Below are positions 1-15,431 of a stretch of DNA of 64,000 bases, in pieces. Positions within the stretch are counted from its first letter, which is position 1. Each line of letters opens with the position of its first letter. Under the pieces are notes generated by a model. It was not told where the DNA came from, did no database searches, and worked only from the letters and a program-made list of their open reading frames with translations. The translations under genes were made by a program, and so were the position numbers. The stretch comes from Chrysomallon squamiferum (taxonomy: Eukaryota > Animalia > Mollusca). The DNA is taken from assembly GCA_012295275.1 (NCBI GenBank), contig CM022670.1, forward strand, positions 28,148,001 through 28,212,000. The letters are read 5' to 3'.

Positions 1-424
1 TATTTGGTTACTTCATCTGTACTAACCATGAACTCAAGACAATTAACAGTGAATTCAGAAAAAAAGGTCATTTCATTATTAAAACCAAACAAACAAGTAA
101 CAAGATAAAATGTCTACTTGGATGTTATTACAAGCTTTCAACATGATGATGTTCTTAAAGATTCAAAATGGAAACCACAGTTCAAAGAGTTAATTGATTT
201 TTCGGTTGTTGTTTTTTTCTTTTGTTCAGTTGAAGTAAAATGTATTTTTAGTATCTATACTTGCAGTTATTATATGTTGTAATAATTTTTGTTTTCAGTC
301 AAGATTTATCTATATTATATACAGGAGAAAAGGAATATTTTATCTCATCAGTGTAAATGACTCATTGACTGACTGATAAATTAATAAAAGGAAAGAAAAG
401 CTACAATTGTCTTTAAGGATTTTT

Positions 425-466
<42 letters not shown>

Positions 467-2004
467 TATTTATGCTACTAATTTGTTTTTTAATTTTGTT
501 CTGTTTATTTATATTCCCTTACTTATATTGGCATGCTGTTAAAACAGCTCCTGATGCAAATGAAACACACCTTTTTTTAAACTGACCATATCCCTCAAAT
601 TTTGAGTGTTCTATTGTAGAACCAAAAACATGATGAATCATCAGAAATGACTAAGTAATATGAGAAATCAACAATTCTGTTTCCAGAAGAATAACCAACT
701 TTATCTTTTTTACTTTCATACAGATCTAAAATGGGGACATGCATGCTTGCACATACACACACTCTCAATAATTTTAATGTATGTGTGTATGTGGGTGTGA
801 GTGTGGGTATGTTTGCCTATATATGTATGTGTGTGTCTATATATGTGTGTATATATATATATATAATCTATATACATTTTTAAAAATGTCATTAACCTGA
901 ATAACACAATTTTTAATATATATTTTAATAAAGAATGAAACATATATCACATATTTCATACTGTCACATCCATTTACAACTTGCATAATAAAAACATTTA
1001 AAATTTGTTTTGATGTTATTATGTTTCTTTGAAGAATTTCAAGACAAAATGAATACTTACATAAAAGGAAAAATTCCATTTCAACTTCAGTCCTAACATT
1101 CACTTATCTATTTTATTTTTTAAATCATGTAAAATATCTGATAACAAATTTCATAATATCTATAAAAAAACACAAATTTAAAAAATTATGATTAAATAAA
1201 TCCATGCAGAAGTAAACAAGACACAAATTCTTTTGTAAAAATAATAATAAAAAAAGAATTATTATTTATGAAGCCAAAAATATCCAGTGAACTTTGAAAG
1301 ATGTGAATGGGCAATTGACTGCAAACTGCACACACACAGCTCCACTCTGTGCAAGCAGTGAAAGGTAACAACAAGAATCACTCCCCATGACACATGCAAA
1401 CCATGACCGAAACCAATGAGGTTAACACAAGCAGAAAAAAGAGAAAAAAAATCTTCCAATAATAAGCTTATCTTTATTTATTTTTGTATTCTTTCTCTGT
1501 GTTATTGTCAAAGACTGAACAAAAGCTGAGAGTGGAATACACGACAAACACTGTCACAAGAATCAGGTCGCTCTTTTAGCACTGACCCTGTTATTATTAT
1601 TTGATCATGCCACTTTCATGCTTCGAAGGTTTTCTAAGCCGTGGATAGAAATGTAGAGATATAACGACATGGTTTGTACCTGTTACTTTTAGAATACAGT
1701 CAACATGTCAGTTTGAACATTTAACTCTACTCCATTGCTTTACTGTTATTACCACCACATTGTCAGGGAAGGGAATTCATCGTTTTTCACTAAAAAGTAT
1801 CATGTTCTTTTCTATCTAAAGTAACAGTGTTTTTTACTGAGTAAAAATAATATTGCCTATAGAAAAATAAATAAATAAATAGAAGTAAATGAATAAATAT
1901 GCAAATAAATAAATATAACTGTGTAAGTGAGTAAATATATAAATAAACATAAAAAAATAAAAATAATAATAATGATAATAAATATAAATAAGTAAAAGCA
2001 AAAA

Positions 2005-2051
<47 letters not shown>

Positions 2052-3187
2052 AGACAGAATGAAAGAAATGTAATATAAATTCCTAGTAAAGCTATACAAG
2101 TATTATGGCATTTTTTTCCCATAATGACCATGTACCTTTTTTCATTAAAAACTGACTGTAAATGTTTTTCATCAAACAATGAAACAACCTTTTTTCACCA
2201 AACAAATCTATTAGAAACCATCTTGCATTGTCAAATAAAAAAATAAATTAAAAAAATAATTAAATATTATCTCTTTTCATTGAAAATGCCTCTCCATTTT
2301 CAATTTAAAAAAATCTATTTTGAACTATTAAAAAGCCATCTTGTCATTAATTACTTTTCCAGTTCTTTTCTTCTAGCTTTGCACACACAGACAGAAATGT
2401 TAATTAATACGACTACAAATATTGATTACTTGACACACTCATGTGCCGTATACATTAAAATTATTTTTTATAAAAATGTCCTCTTTTCTTGAAAAGTTTT
2501 ACCTTGAAAACTGAAAACAGATGCCAAGGCATTTTAAAAAAAAATACAAAGACAAAAAGTCCTAATGACAGTTTTTTAAACAAGAAATTATTGCTAACAA
2601 AAATATTATTTCAAATTTTTTTTTGATTAAAATATTAATTTAATATAATTTATTTTCTAATAAAAATATTATTTCAGTGTTGCCAAAAATTTTTTTTATT
2701 ATTTATTGGTTTATTTATTTTATGTTTCAATATAACAAAAATGTATTTATATAAAAAAATGTTGTTTCAAAATATCTTCCAAATATAAAACTGTTTTCAG
2801 TTTTCAAAAAATGTCTTAAGGTGGAATAAATAAACAAACAATTAAATGCAGGTCATTTCTTTATATTGGAATGGGTGATATGAGTATGACTTCATAGGAA
2901 ATCCTGAAATTAAGTTCAGAATCGAAACATTAAATATATTTTAAACATACAACCTCAACTGTAAATGTTAAATAAAACCTGGTCCTTCAATGTAAAATCT
3001 CAGATTTAAATATAAAAACAGATCTTTAAAGGTAAAACCTGAATTTTATAATAAAAACTAGCTTTATACAAAAAACCTGAAATTTAAATGTAAAATTTAA
3101 GCTTTAAATGATAACAAGTAAACACACATGAATAATGCATAAATAATATTTGAACTCAAAATGAAAGTGAAAGTAGACTGAACTCAC
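1..3187 (-). other. PDE7: Intron 2 of the PDE7 gene (partial; continues beyond the window start)
   Basis: Starts GTGAGT at 3187. No convincing phase-1 exon with PDE7 similarity found in 1-3187. Confidence 0.75.
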
Positions 3188-3248
3188 CTAAGGTCCGAAC
3201 ATAGATTGCATTTTTGTCAGACTTCTCAAAGGAGATGCCTCCTCTTCG
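3188..3248 (-). CDS. PDE7: PDE7-family phosphodiesterase, common coding exon 2 (61 nt, phase 0 to phase 1)
   Basis: Acceptor TTTTTTCTCCTTTCAG| and donor TAG|GTGAGT. Translates RRGGISFEKSDKNAIYVRTL plus 1 nt, matching recalled PDE7A [21 protein letters not shown]. Missed by the ORF track because it is short. Confidence 0.93.
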
Positions 3249-3499
3249 CTGAAAGGAGAAAAAACCATGTTACTTGATAATGTTTAAACTGATACTTATA
3301 AGTCTCTTTATGGTTTATTTATTTTGCATGTTTGTTTGATCTGTCTACTTTTGTTTGTTAATGTATGTTTGTGTGCACTTGTTTTTAGGTTAACATACCA
3401 GTGGCAGGTTTGTTTTTATTTACACTGGTAACATGTGTTGTGATCATTTAGTTTTATCAATGAGTTGTTAAGTAAGAGCTGAAGACATCATATCATGGA

Positions 3500-3702
<203 letters not shown>

Positions 3703-5905
3703 TCAGAGAGTACTATCTGCATATGTGAGAGAAATGTTTTACCTTCAGTGTACATGTGTGTGTGATAAATGTAAATATAAATACTTGTTACTAGATGGAA
3801 TACAAATAACTGACAAACTATGCAAACATGTGAGTGTACCTACTTTATACATGTATACGTACATTACATATTACATTATGTATTTAAATATGCATGTACT
3901 TTTGTGTGTGTTTATGTGTTATGCATGAATATTGTATGAATATAAAAATTTGCATTGAAAAAGGATTCATATTTACTTTATATTAAAACCTGAACATAAA
4001 ACTTAACCTTTAAATGGCATCAAGGAAATACAGTTGAAAATAAGTAAGTGATATTTACTTTTCTGCATAATTTATGAAATTATAATTTAAAATATCCATT
4101 CTAAATATAACTTTAAAAAAATATATATATAAATACAGAAATGTGTTGAATTATTTGCAAATACCCACCAAAATAACAGATCGAAGTCAATAACTTTCTT
4201 ACAATAATAAATCACTATTAAAAAATATAATTTCTGATTTCCCAGAAATGAACATGTGAACTCAAAATTTTACTATATCCTTTCTTTAAGATATTCATTA
4301 AAAATAAAAAATACAAGCACTTGTAGCAAAAATTAATCTGATTGAAAAAAATATTCACAATAAAATCTTTACAGAGAAACTAATAATTTACTATGTCATC
4401 ATTAATAAAGGCTGACGAGTCAGAAAGGTTTTTTAAAATAATAAAAAAAAGAACTGAAATGAAATGAAGGTAATATGAGTCTGAGTGAAGGAATGTCTTC
4501 TAATGAGAGTTATGTTCTCCTGGGATCAATGCACTGGTGGAGTTATTACAATTGTGTCTGAATGATGTCAGAGTTATATTTCATCAGTCATTTGACGCAC
4601 GGAATGAACACAGCTTGTTTTTTATGGCCAAAAGGAAAGATGCAGTCTTGTAAAAAGGCATTTCTTAGATTTCTGAAAATCATTTTTTTTCTCTCTCTTT
4701 TTGATTTCTGTATTTTTATGCATGTTGCTTCTTGCTCAGGTTTTTTTGGGGGTTGTTGTTTTTGTTTTTGTTTTTTTTTTGTTTTTTATTAATTTTTATT
4801 AATATTATTATATGTTGTTATTTTTTTTTTTTTTAAAGAAATGAGTTTATCAACAGTATGTAATGTTGATGTTTAAAACAGAAAAGAAACAAGGTGAGAA
4901 ATGATGAGTTGAAAAGAATTGGGAAGGAATTTAAGAAAGAAGAAATGGAAAAACAATGAGAAATGTTTGTATTTTGGAAGATTCCAATTAAAGTTCATTT
5001 TTAAATAAATATTTTTATAAGAAGAAGATAAAGATACAAAGATACAAAGACAGAAGAAGAAAAAAAATAATAAAAATTATAGATCACAATGATTTTAGGT
5101 AGAAGAATAAGATAAAAATAAAGAGGATAAGAAACAGAAAAAAAAAAGGAGAGGAAAAACAATAAGAAAATAAATGGTGATAATATTAGAGGAGTGTTAA
5201 GAAAACAAAACACTCTTGTTGTTCTGCTTGTAACATCAAATTTAATTTTACCTTGAGGATATATTTTTGTTTTCACAAAAAATAGAAATTTCCAAGCCTT
5301 CAAGGAGTGGGCAGGGAATAACAAAGAAAAAGGTTTTACTTGTAGGATTTCATATAATATAATGCCAAAGATTTCATAAACTTATAACATTTTAATAAAC
5401 AAATGTAATGAAGTATTATAAAAATAAAAATAAATCAATTTAATGAGTTATTTGAAAATATAGTGATGAGTTCTAAAGATGGGCCATCTTATGTTGCATA
5501 TGTTATAATGAAATCTGTCTGTCTGTCTTTGTCAACAACAAATTGTAATGATTTATAAATGTTTTTACTTAATGATAAACTCAGATGTTTTAATCCTTGA
5601 TTTCAAGGCATCATATAATAATGTTAAAGACCAAACATGTGAGAAATAATGTTACATGTGAGAAAGGGAAACACACTGTCATGATGTGATTGGATCGTCT
5701 TTCTCATTTAGCAAAAATAGGTCACTTGTAACCACCTTCCCATAAACAGTCAAACACATATACGACCTTTGGATAAATCAGTAGTGACCTGGAATAACAA
5801 GTGGTTAATTAGACCAGAAGTGCAGAATCAGTGTAAGAGAAAATACTGATGGGATTATGGCAAGTAACAAGCAAAAGGAATTCTCTGTTCAAGTTGTGTT
5901 AATGT

Positions 5906-6244
5906 CACAGAAAACTACTAATAACACTGCTTACTAGAAAACATACAAGTAGAAAGAGTTCAGAGAAAACTACTAATAACACTGCTTACTAGAAAACATA
6001 CAAGTAGAAAGAGTTCACAGAAAACTACTAATAACACTGCTTACTAGAAAACTACTAATAACACTGCTTACTAGAAAACTACTAATAACACTGCTTACTA
6101 GAAAACATACAAGTAGAAAGAGTTCACAGAAAACTACTAATAACACTGCTTACTAGAAAACATACAAGTAGAAAGAGTTCACAGAAAACTACTAATAACA
6201 CTGCTTACTAGAAAACATACAAGTAGAAAGAGTTCAGAGAAAAC
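5906..6244 (+). repeat. Minisatellite, 55-bp unit with internal 27-bp sub-unit expansion
   Basis: CACAGAAAACTACTAATAACACTGCTTACTAGAAAACATACAAGTAGAAAGAGTT x about 5, plus two extra AGAAAACTACTAATAACACTGCTTACT units. Confidence 0.95.
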
Positions 6245-9029
6245 AGTCCCAGAAGAGCTAGTTAATTATTTTTCACAGTTCACTTTGAAGTGCAGTTTCC
6301 AGTATAATCCATTATTCAGTAACTACAGTTTTTAAATATAATGTTCTTATTAACATCAGTAACTTCAGTGATACTTTGATTTTGAAAGGTGTATGAATTC
6401 TGAGAAAACAGTTAATTATAAATGATGTCTGTCAACAATATTGCATGTGCATTCATACAACATGTGTTTGGATAAATAATTAACTCTTTAACACTGCAAG
6501 TGATTTTAACTTGTTTATTTATAACTGATATGGAGAACACAACACATACACACATATATACTGACAAATACACAAACGTATATAAAGATAAATACAGGAA
6601 TATATACATTACACATACACATCTCTCTCTCTCACTTATACACACACACACACACACACACACACAGATATATACACATACACATACTCACACATATACA
6701 TACAAACACACACATACCTAATACTTATTAAAATCAAATACATATTTTGTAAAAAAAAAAAAAAAAAAAAAAATACAGCATTCAGAAATTTTCAAATTTA
6801 ATTATAAAGCAGTTTGATAATTGTTTTTATTTTAAACAACAAGTATTGATTGCAACAGTTCACATAAACCCATCAATAATGTTCATGATATGTTTAAAAC
6901 AGTTCTGCTTTCAAACACACTGATCAACTGAAATCATCTCAACCTTTCACTATTTCTTTTTACTTTATTTTTATTTTTACTTTTATTTATTTTTTTTGTA
7001 AACAATACCCCAGTGATCCAACACCCGGAGAGAAAAATACAAAAACAATAAAAGGAGCAGTTGAATAACATACCTTTAACATGTAAGCCAGGAAATTAAT
7101 ATAGATTCCTGGTTGTCTCAATGTTATGGTAATCCAGTAACAACATAAAGCAACACGCTTCCTGCCTGCAGCATGGAGAACAAAGCGGAACTCAATGCCA
7201 CTAACTTTAAAACTGGATGCAACACACATAAATCAGTCGGTGAAAAGGTTTAATTAATCCGATTTATGTAAATGCACAATTCCAAACGAGCAATTTCATG
7301 ATGGTCTTCATTATAGTGGGTGCAGAGCAGAGCTTAGACTGCGCAAGCCAATGCATATTTTTAAACAATTCACAGATTAAATGAGTAACTGAAGATAATT
7401 GTCTCTGGTAATTAACATTTCCTAATTCATTTTCTGTTGAAGAATTTATTCCTTTTTGTATTTTATTCCTTCATATAATAACAATTGTTATAACAATAAA
7501 AATAATAACAATAATCATAATCATCATTATCATCATCATTCTTGATAATACTAGGCTATTTTTTTATTATTATTATCACTATTACAATTACTGTTATTAT
7601 TATTATAATAAATTATAACAATAATAATGATAATACTTATCATCGTCATTATTGTAATTACTGGGTTATTTTTCTTAATTATTATTATTATTATTATTAT
7701 TATTATCATTAGAATTACTATGATTATTATTATTATGCTATTATTTAGTCTTTATTATTATTACTACTGTTTTCATCTCTGTTCTTGTAAAGTAATCAAA
7801 AATTATAAAAAAAATAAAAAAATGATTTATCTGTATCATCACCACAGTCATCACTGATTAATATACAAACTGGTTTATTACTCTGCAGATTATCTTCTGT
7901 TTTAATTGCCATACTTTTCCCCACAAGCCCACATTCTGCTTGAACTGCCGACAGGTTATTTGTGAAGGATGTTCTGTCCAAGTGAATCTGACTGGTAATT
8001 GCAGACCAAACCTTTCTTCACAGCATTAAATGAATTTTTCTGTTTGTGTGCGAATTGCCCAACTAGGAATTGTAATGGAATAGTGCGTTTGCCCGGAGGA
8101 TATTAATTTGCATCTATGTAAATGATTCTTCATGCAATAAGTTCCATCAGTTAAGAAAATGAACAAACTGAAGGTTACATTGTTTCTCTTGCAATAAAAA
8201 GAAAACTTTCATTTTCATCTTCTTATTTCTGAATATTTTACATTATTATTATTATTACCATTATCATTATCATCACCATTATCATCATTATTATTATTAC
8301 TATTCTTATTATTTTGCCATTTTCTTTTTATTATTGTTTCTTTTTCCTTCTTCATATTGTTATTCTTCTTGTTATTACTATTATCACTACTTTATTATTA
8401 TTATAATTATTATTATTATTATTATTATAATTATTATTATTATTACTATTATAATTATTAATATTATCATTTATTTATTTATTATAAATATTGTTTTGTT
8501 TAGTTGTTCTTATCATGATCATTATTCCATAATCCCATGTAACAGTCTGTATAATTTTCACTATATATTCAAAAATCAAATCTTACAAAACCCACATCTA
8601 CATTACTCCACTTTGATGAGAAATAAGAACAGAAAAAAAAACCCATTTCAATCTATTTCAGTATTCAGTCATGTAAAAAAAAAAGAAATGAAAAATTTCA
8701 TTGATTTTATTTTCTATGCTTTATTAAAAAGAAGAGAAAAAAACATAGATTTCATAAATATTTTATATAAGATAAATTAAATCATTTCTAATTAATCTTT
8801 ATAACATAGCGGGTTTATAATTTTTTTCTTTTAAATCCTCGTATTTACAGAGATATTATTATAAAATGCAAAGCACATGTTGTGATTATTAATACATTAT
8901 TCTGTTATTTATTGGATTTGATTCTGAATGTTTCTTTATTGAGTTGTTGAATAAATAATGAAATCTGTCTCAGTTATTATCATGTGCCAATAAATTCCAG
9001 TATGCAAGAACCACCACCTGTTACACCAT

Positions 9030-9110
9030 CTCTAATAAAGCTGGTTGGAATGGGAAATCATAAAATGCCACACCATGAAGGACTAACACACATCACCACA
9101 CATCTTTCAA
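9030..9110 (-). mobile_element. SINE-like repeat fragment
   Basis: CTGGTTGGAATGGGAAA, identical core to the 14750 and 37395 copies. Confidence 0.45.
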
Positions 9111-9529
9111 ACTGACAGTTTAAAGAACACATGCCTGATTTTTACGTCAAAACCAAAATCATTAAATACAATACCATCTGACTAGATAATCAGTGACTGG
9201 AATAACATCAAACACTTATTTTTCATACCTCTTTGTGATGGTATGACACTTTCTTATTTCATAATCATGGAAGGAAACTATGTTACTGGACAGAAAAAGA
9301 AAATTAAGTTACAAGACAGACAAATTGCTGTTAAAACCTGTGTGTTTTAAACAAGACAGGAATTGTTGGCAGCCTGTCTGATATAGTGTGTTAGATTAGA
9401 AACATTTGAGAAAACAAATCTTACAACTATACCCAATTGGCTTTCAGATGGCTACATTAACAGATATAATCCAAATATTGTCTATTAGTATTTGATTCCT
9501 CTTTCTACAGACATGTGTTTCTAGAGTTT

Positions 9530-9770
9530 ACCATGATGTGATTCCAGGGTCTATCAGGATGTGATCATATATATATATATATTGAGGATGAAACCAGAGT
9601 GTCTACCAAGGATTGTGATCAAATCATGATCCAAGTGTCTACCAGGGTGTTAAATCCAGGTCTACCAAGGATTGTGATCCAAATATATAGTAGAACATTA
9701 TCCAAGTGTCTACCAGGGTGTTAAACCCAGGTCTACCAAGTTGTGATCCAGGTCTACCAAGTTGTGATTC
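9530..9770 (+). repeat. Degenerate tandem repeat (GTCTACCAAGGATTGTGATC-like)
   Basis: Recurring CCA(A/G)GTGTCTACCA / GGTCTACCAAG..TGTGATCC units with irregular spacing. Confidence 0.8.
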
Positions 9771-12449
9771 AAATGCTCTTTGACCTTTTGTTTCTCTGGA
9801 TATGTTACAAATGTCTACAAGGAAGTGATTCCTAGAGATTACAGGATATGATTCCATTTATAGACTAAAAAAAAGACTTGAATAATGGTGATAACCACCT
9901 GACTACCCTGAATAGATGTGAAGAAAGAAAAATAGAGTGGGCAGCAGTTAATTGCAGAATCCATAAATCAATTGTTGCCATGCTGTATTATTCATTGAAG
10001 ATTTTTATACAACTCACATGTTTGCCACCGTGAATAACTAAACAATTGGCCACTGGTTAGTTTGTATTCTGCCAGTGATTAATAAGTTCAGTCTGCCATA
10101 TTTTGTCAGGTCCTAATGGCCTCCATGATTTATAGCTCTGTGGTTGCACACGCCAGCAAGTCAGTGCAGCGGTAAATGTCAACGTGGGATGTGATCGCGA
10201 TTCTGCCAAGCCACTGAACCCTGTGCTACTCAGGTTGCTCTTATCATTATTGCTATTATTATTATTATTATTACTGAGGTGATGATGGTGGTTGTTATTA
10301 ATTTGTATAGACATACATACATACATACATACATACATACATACATACATACACACATATATACATACATACATACATAGACATATATATATATATACAT
10401 ACACATACTTGTATATGGCATATATGCATAGGTGCATACAAAAGATATGCAAGTGGAATGTGTACCAATACTTCTCCGAGTTAATTATGTACAGTTTCAA
10501 TTTGTACAACAGTTTTGTTCTGTATAGAGAGCAACTCTGTTATCATAGCTCAACTTTTTTTGTCACAAAATAACCTATAATGGATTTTTATAAATGATTT
10601 CTTTTTTCTTTTTGTCAGTATAAAAAGGTTATTTCAAATGAATTAATTATCAAAGCTAACTCGGTCTTTTTTGCTTCTATTTTTGATAAAGAATTATGAA
10701 TATGAAAAAGCTAACATGACAAGGAAAATGAAGAAAAGACTTTGATGAAGGATTTCAGACTGTGACATTTCCAGTGCAGAGTGAGACTTGTTGTGGCCAC
10801 TGCAGGTGTTTGTCTGTTGTTATCTATGATTAGCAACATGCAGGCCTTTCTCCTGCTACATGATCTGTTCAATCATGTAAGCTGAAAATAGCAAGTTGGG
10901 AACATTTTAAGCGTTATATATTAAATTACATCCACGCACACCTACACCCACACATGGACATGCTTATATTTTACATACAAATATATGCACACATAAACAT
11001 ACACTCAGTTGCATATACACATGCACACATCAATACTAACACAAACATATACACATATGGGCCTGCTTATACTTTACATACATACATATGCACACATAAG
11101 CATAACATGAACACACATATCCACTGATAGACAGAGAGGTACAAATACATATAAACACAAACATAGGCTGGCATTCATAAATCATTTGCATATGCCCCCT
11201 CCACACACACACACACACACACACTATATTAATTTAAATAATTTTAAAAAATCCACTGAACTAGGGAAGAAAGGTCTCAACATATTTCTCAACTGCAGTT
11301 ACACAACATCATACACACACCTGAAGACTGGAAATCTGCTGGTGACATGAAAAAGGATAATCTTTTTCAGTTACATGCACCTTCTCAAAGACATAGCTAG
11401 CTAGTGAGGGAATAGTTGAATAAGAAGACAGAAGACAAGGTTTGATCTCAAGACCCTCTGTATCTCAAGCTGTGCTATGCACTGATGGTGTCGTGCTCTG
11501 TAGATCACAAATTCATAAGAAGCAAGACAAATCTGTCACAAACTAATGTAAAGAAAGACAAGAAGGTAGAAAGACAGAGAGGAATATTTTACAAAAAAGA
11601 AAAGAAAGAGAGAAAATAAAAAGATTATATGTGAGCAATAAACACAGAATTTTTTTTTTAATTTTAAATAGTAAACTAAAAAATCAGTTTCTGTTTTCAA
11701 AGGTAAATAGTAACAACAACAACAACAGTAATACTATTAACAGTAATGATAATAACAATAACATCAACAACAATAATAATAACAACAATGACAATAACAA
11801 TAACAATAACAACAACAACAACAACAGAAAAACAATAATAATAATAAATGCCTTTGAACAGTCATGTATTAATCTTTCATGTTACTGAAACGAATGATAT
11901 TTTGCATCTGCTGACAACAAATCTGTTAGCAGTTCGGTGTCTCACACTAACGATTATTCAACATTTTAACTTCTGTCGCAAGTCACAACAATTTCCCCAG
12001 CTTTAGAAATAAAGCTCAATACTGAAACTACTTTTCCTGTATGGAATTTTTTATTAACCCCTTGAAGCCATATTCAATTCATGTTTCTTTATTTTATTTG
12101 CAGAAAAATCACAGAGAACATATTCATACATCAAAGGCAAAAAAAAAAAATTATTAATAATAATGTTAATAATAATAATGATAATATTAATTTGACGTCC
12201 ATCTGTTGCATATCCAATAACCGTGTATCACTAATATGAGTGATTGACTATAAAATATCAAAGAAAACAGTAAGTTTCATCTTCTCACATTACCACTTTT
12301 CAAGGCTGACCAGTATTAATCATCCCCAACACAATCCACTCTGCCCCAACAGCTGCTGATATACTTAGCTATGTTGTAAATACTGGAAATTTTCTGTATA
12401 AATTAATTCAAACAGATCAAAATTTTGGAGCTAAAAAAAATAATTGTAT

Positions 12450-12908
12450 TGTTATGTAACATAACTTGTAGTTTTAAGACTGAGAAACAAAGCTTGGTAA
12501 GATCTGTTGTTACATAACTTGTAGTTTAAGACAGACAAACAAAGCTTGGTAAGATCTGTTGTTACATAACTTGTAGTTTAAGACAGACAAACAAAGCTTG
12601 GTAAGATCTGTTGTTACATAACTTGTAGTTTAAGACAGACAAACAAAGCTTGGTAAGATCTGTTGTTACATAACTTGTAACTTAAGACAGACAAATAAAG
12701 CTTGGTAAGATCTGTTGTTACATAACTTGTAACTTAAGACAGACAAATAAAGTTTGGTAAGATCTGTTATGTTACATAACTTGTAGTTTAAGACAGACAA
12801 ACAAAGCTTGGTAAGATCTGTTATGTTACATAACTTGTAGTTTAAGACAGACAAATAAAGTTTGGTAAGATCTGTTGTTACATAACTTGTAACTTAAGAC
12901 TGACAAAC
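12450..12908 (+). repeat. Minisatellite, 52-bp unit (some 55 bp), about 8.5 copies
   Basis: TGTTGTTACATAACTTGTAGTTTAAGACAGACAAACAAAGCTTGGTAAGATC repeated head-to-tail. Confidence 0.95.
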
Positions 12909-13357
12909 TAGATAAGTCTCATACCCAATTAAACCACAACAGATATATGGTGAAAGATATATCATCTTTGGCAGAAAATAACATAACATCAACAAGCAAA
13001 GCTCCTGTGTCATCAGCTCTTCTTGCATGTATGGAATGTGGAGAATATACACATATCTGCTTCACAGCCTTTAAACTACATCATTATGTTTTTGTGTGAC
13101 CAGTGACTGAGAGAGATTGAGTATACAAAGACAAATATCTTCTGTTAATATGGGCAACATCTGATTCAATAATCAATGCTTCATTTGTGATGGAACATTA
13201 TTAAACAGTTATAAAATTCATTTATTTTTCCCCTGGTAGTGTGTAAGGATCATATGACTGCAAGAAGAAATAATATTCTATGACTTAACCAAATTACAGC
13301 ACATAATCTCCTGTCTCTACAGATGTGTTTTTCTTGCTTTTTACAGCTGGAAAAATA

Positions 13358-13358
<1 letters not shown>

Positions 13359-13402
<44 letters not shown>

Positions 13403-13450
13403 GTGTGTGTGTGTGTGTGTGTGTGTGTGGCTGTGTGTGTGGCTGTGTGT
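13359..13450 (+). repeat. (TG)n microsatellite
   Basis: Direct inspection. Confidence 0.93.
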
Positions 13451-14432
13451 CTATATGTGTCTGTGTTTATTGTGTATGTGTTTGCTATATATGTGTCTGT
13501 GTGTTTGTTGTTTATGTTGTGTGTATTTGTTGTATGTGTATATGTCTAAGAATGTTTTCTCTGTGTGTTACGTGAATGTATGAAGTTGTAAATGCATTAT
13601 GAGTCTAAGTGTCTACATGGGTACATGTGTGAAATTATGTGTCAGCATGTGTGTGTATGTGTCAGCATACAGACACTTAAATGATTTTCTAAAGGTCAGT
13701 GCAAAGTAAATAAAAATTAATAGAGCAAGGCCCAGACTGCTCTGCGGTACAATTCTGTAAAAGAGTTATATATTTATAATTAATCAGTTATCGAGTTTTG
13801 GCTGCTAAAACATGGGTATAAAAGTCTAGACAGATAATGTCATTCTGCTGGCAATCATTATGTATTGTGGTCATTTCATATGCAAGCCAGTGTAATTTGC
13901 TGTCATGGAAAATGTCACTGTGATGTATTTTTAGAGTGTACAACAGGATTTAGTCCACTGAGGCAGTGTCTGCTTGACAGATGGGAAGTCAGGAGATCAA
14001 TCCTTGTCAACAGCTTTATCAATTTTTTCCATGTTATCAACAAAATGTGTTCATTCGGGGCTTTATTCTTCAATCTGTTTATACGTCTGTCTGTCTGTCT
14101 GTGTCTGTGTTTCTCCCTGTCCTTCTGTCTGTCTATCTATCTAAAATACTGTATTATTTACATGAAATTAATATTATATATTTCTCTGATGAAGATGATG
14201 GATTTTTCTTACACTGCTATTTACACCTTTGTAAAATATTATGTCTTCTGTGATAAATTTGTACAAAGGAAAGTAATGTATCACTGAAGTCAGAATGTGT
14301 GAGTGTGTTGTAAAAGGTTAATGTATGTACTGCTCCATGTACAGGTATCAAAAGGAGGGGTACAGTGCAATAAAACTTTGATATGTTATGAAGCTCTCCC
14401 ATAACAGATATACATACCCTCCCAAACACACA

Positions 14433-14476
<44 letters not shown>

Positions 14477-14592
14477 TACAGACACACACAGTATTATACT
14501 CCCTCATGAAAATTACTATGTGTCTGTAAAGTTACTTTTATAAACATATAGTTACAAATACATTATATCTGTGAATGCTTCAGGCTACAGCT

Positions 14593-14655
14593 AACAGTTA
14601 AGTACACTATAATATATTAACAACAGTTAAGTACACTATAATATATTAACAACAG
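14593..14655 (+). repeat. 29-bp tandem duplication
   Basis: AACAGTTAAGTACACTATAATATATTAAC x2. Confidence 0.85.
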
Positions 14656-14749
14656 AAAATATTTACATTTTCTCAGTGTGAGAAAGCAAAATAATAAAAT
14701 GCTCATACAAGGTATCACAAGATCAATTCTTCACAGTGTTAGAATTCCG

Positions 14750-14900
14750 CAATTTCCCATTCCAACCAGTATTCCTCAGTTAGTTCATAAATGTTCAAAG
14801 CATGTGCTTTCCTGTGCATGCAAAGAGTTATACAAAAGATCCCTCACTGTTAGTTAATAAATATAACCCATTATGAAGCAACAGCAAGATTATTTTTTCT
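14750..14900 (+). mobile_element. Degenerate SINE-like interspersed repeat copy
   Basis: Motif order TTTCCCATTCCAACCAGT...ATGTGCTTTCCTGT...AAAAGATCCCTCACTGTTA, shared with other copies in the window. Resembles, from memory, a gastropod SINE core (TTCCAGCCAGTG...TAAAAGATCCCTTGCTGCT). Confidence 0.6.
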
Positions 14901-15419
14901 CCCATGTCATTATTATATATATATATATATATATGTATATGTAAAAAAAAAGGAATTATGTGTTTGAAAACTTATCATCAATATACAAAAGTAAAATGAA
15001 ATTTGCTGCATGTTTGAAAGCTGATAACTGAGGTCATTAATTATTCATTCATTCAGTGAGGAGAAGTGACAGAATGTTACATTAATGATGAATTTCAGTC
15101 TTTTACTTTTATCACACACAACAAACATATCTGAGTGGTGATCTGCCTGCAATCAACAGTTATGGATTTTACACACACACTTGTATCAATTATATTATAA
15201 ATGGGGAGATAAGATGAAAATCATTTCTGACAAGAGTTATGTAACAGACGGGCTTGGTAATGGAAAAGAAATAATGATGACTGTGAAGCGAAGTCAATTA
15301 TTTAGAAGCTAAAAGTAGATATAATTACAATTGCAGACAGCTTCATGACAAAACACTGGAGCCAATTTGATCCTGATTATGAATTAGTGTTGTCACTGTT
15401 TGAATGAAGGACTTTATCA

Positions 15420-15431
15420 TTATTATTATTA

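Noticed and set aside
1-3187. PDE7 exon 3 within the window
   Set aside because: Acceptor-like sites near 1517 and 2511 give no PDE7-like peptide or matching donor.
12450-12908. 52-bp array (and 19275-19700, 38755-39142) as a CRISPR array
   Set aside because: Units repeat head-to-tail without unique spacers, there are no cas genes, and the context is eukaryotic.
13830-14040. TGACA/TGTCA (Meis/TGIF-type) motif clusters here and at about 26200-26430
   Set aside because: TG/CA dinucleotides are generally in excess in this CpG-decayed intron, so enrichment cannot be claimed without a computed background.
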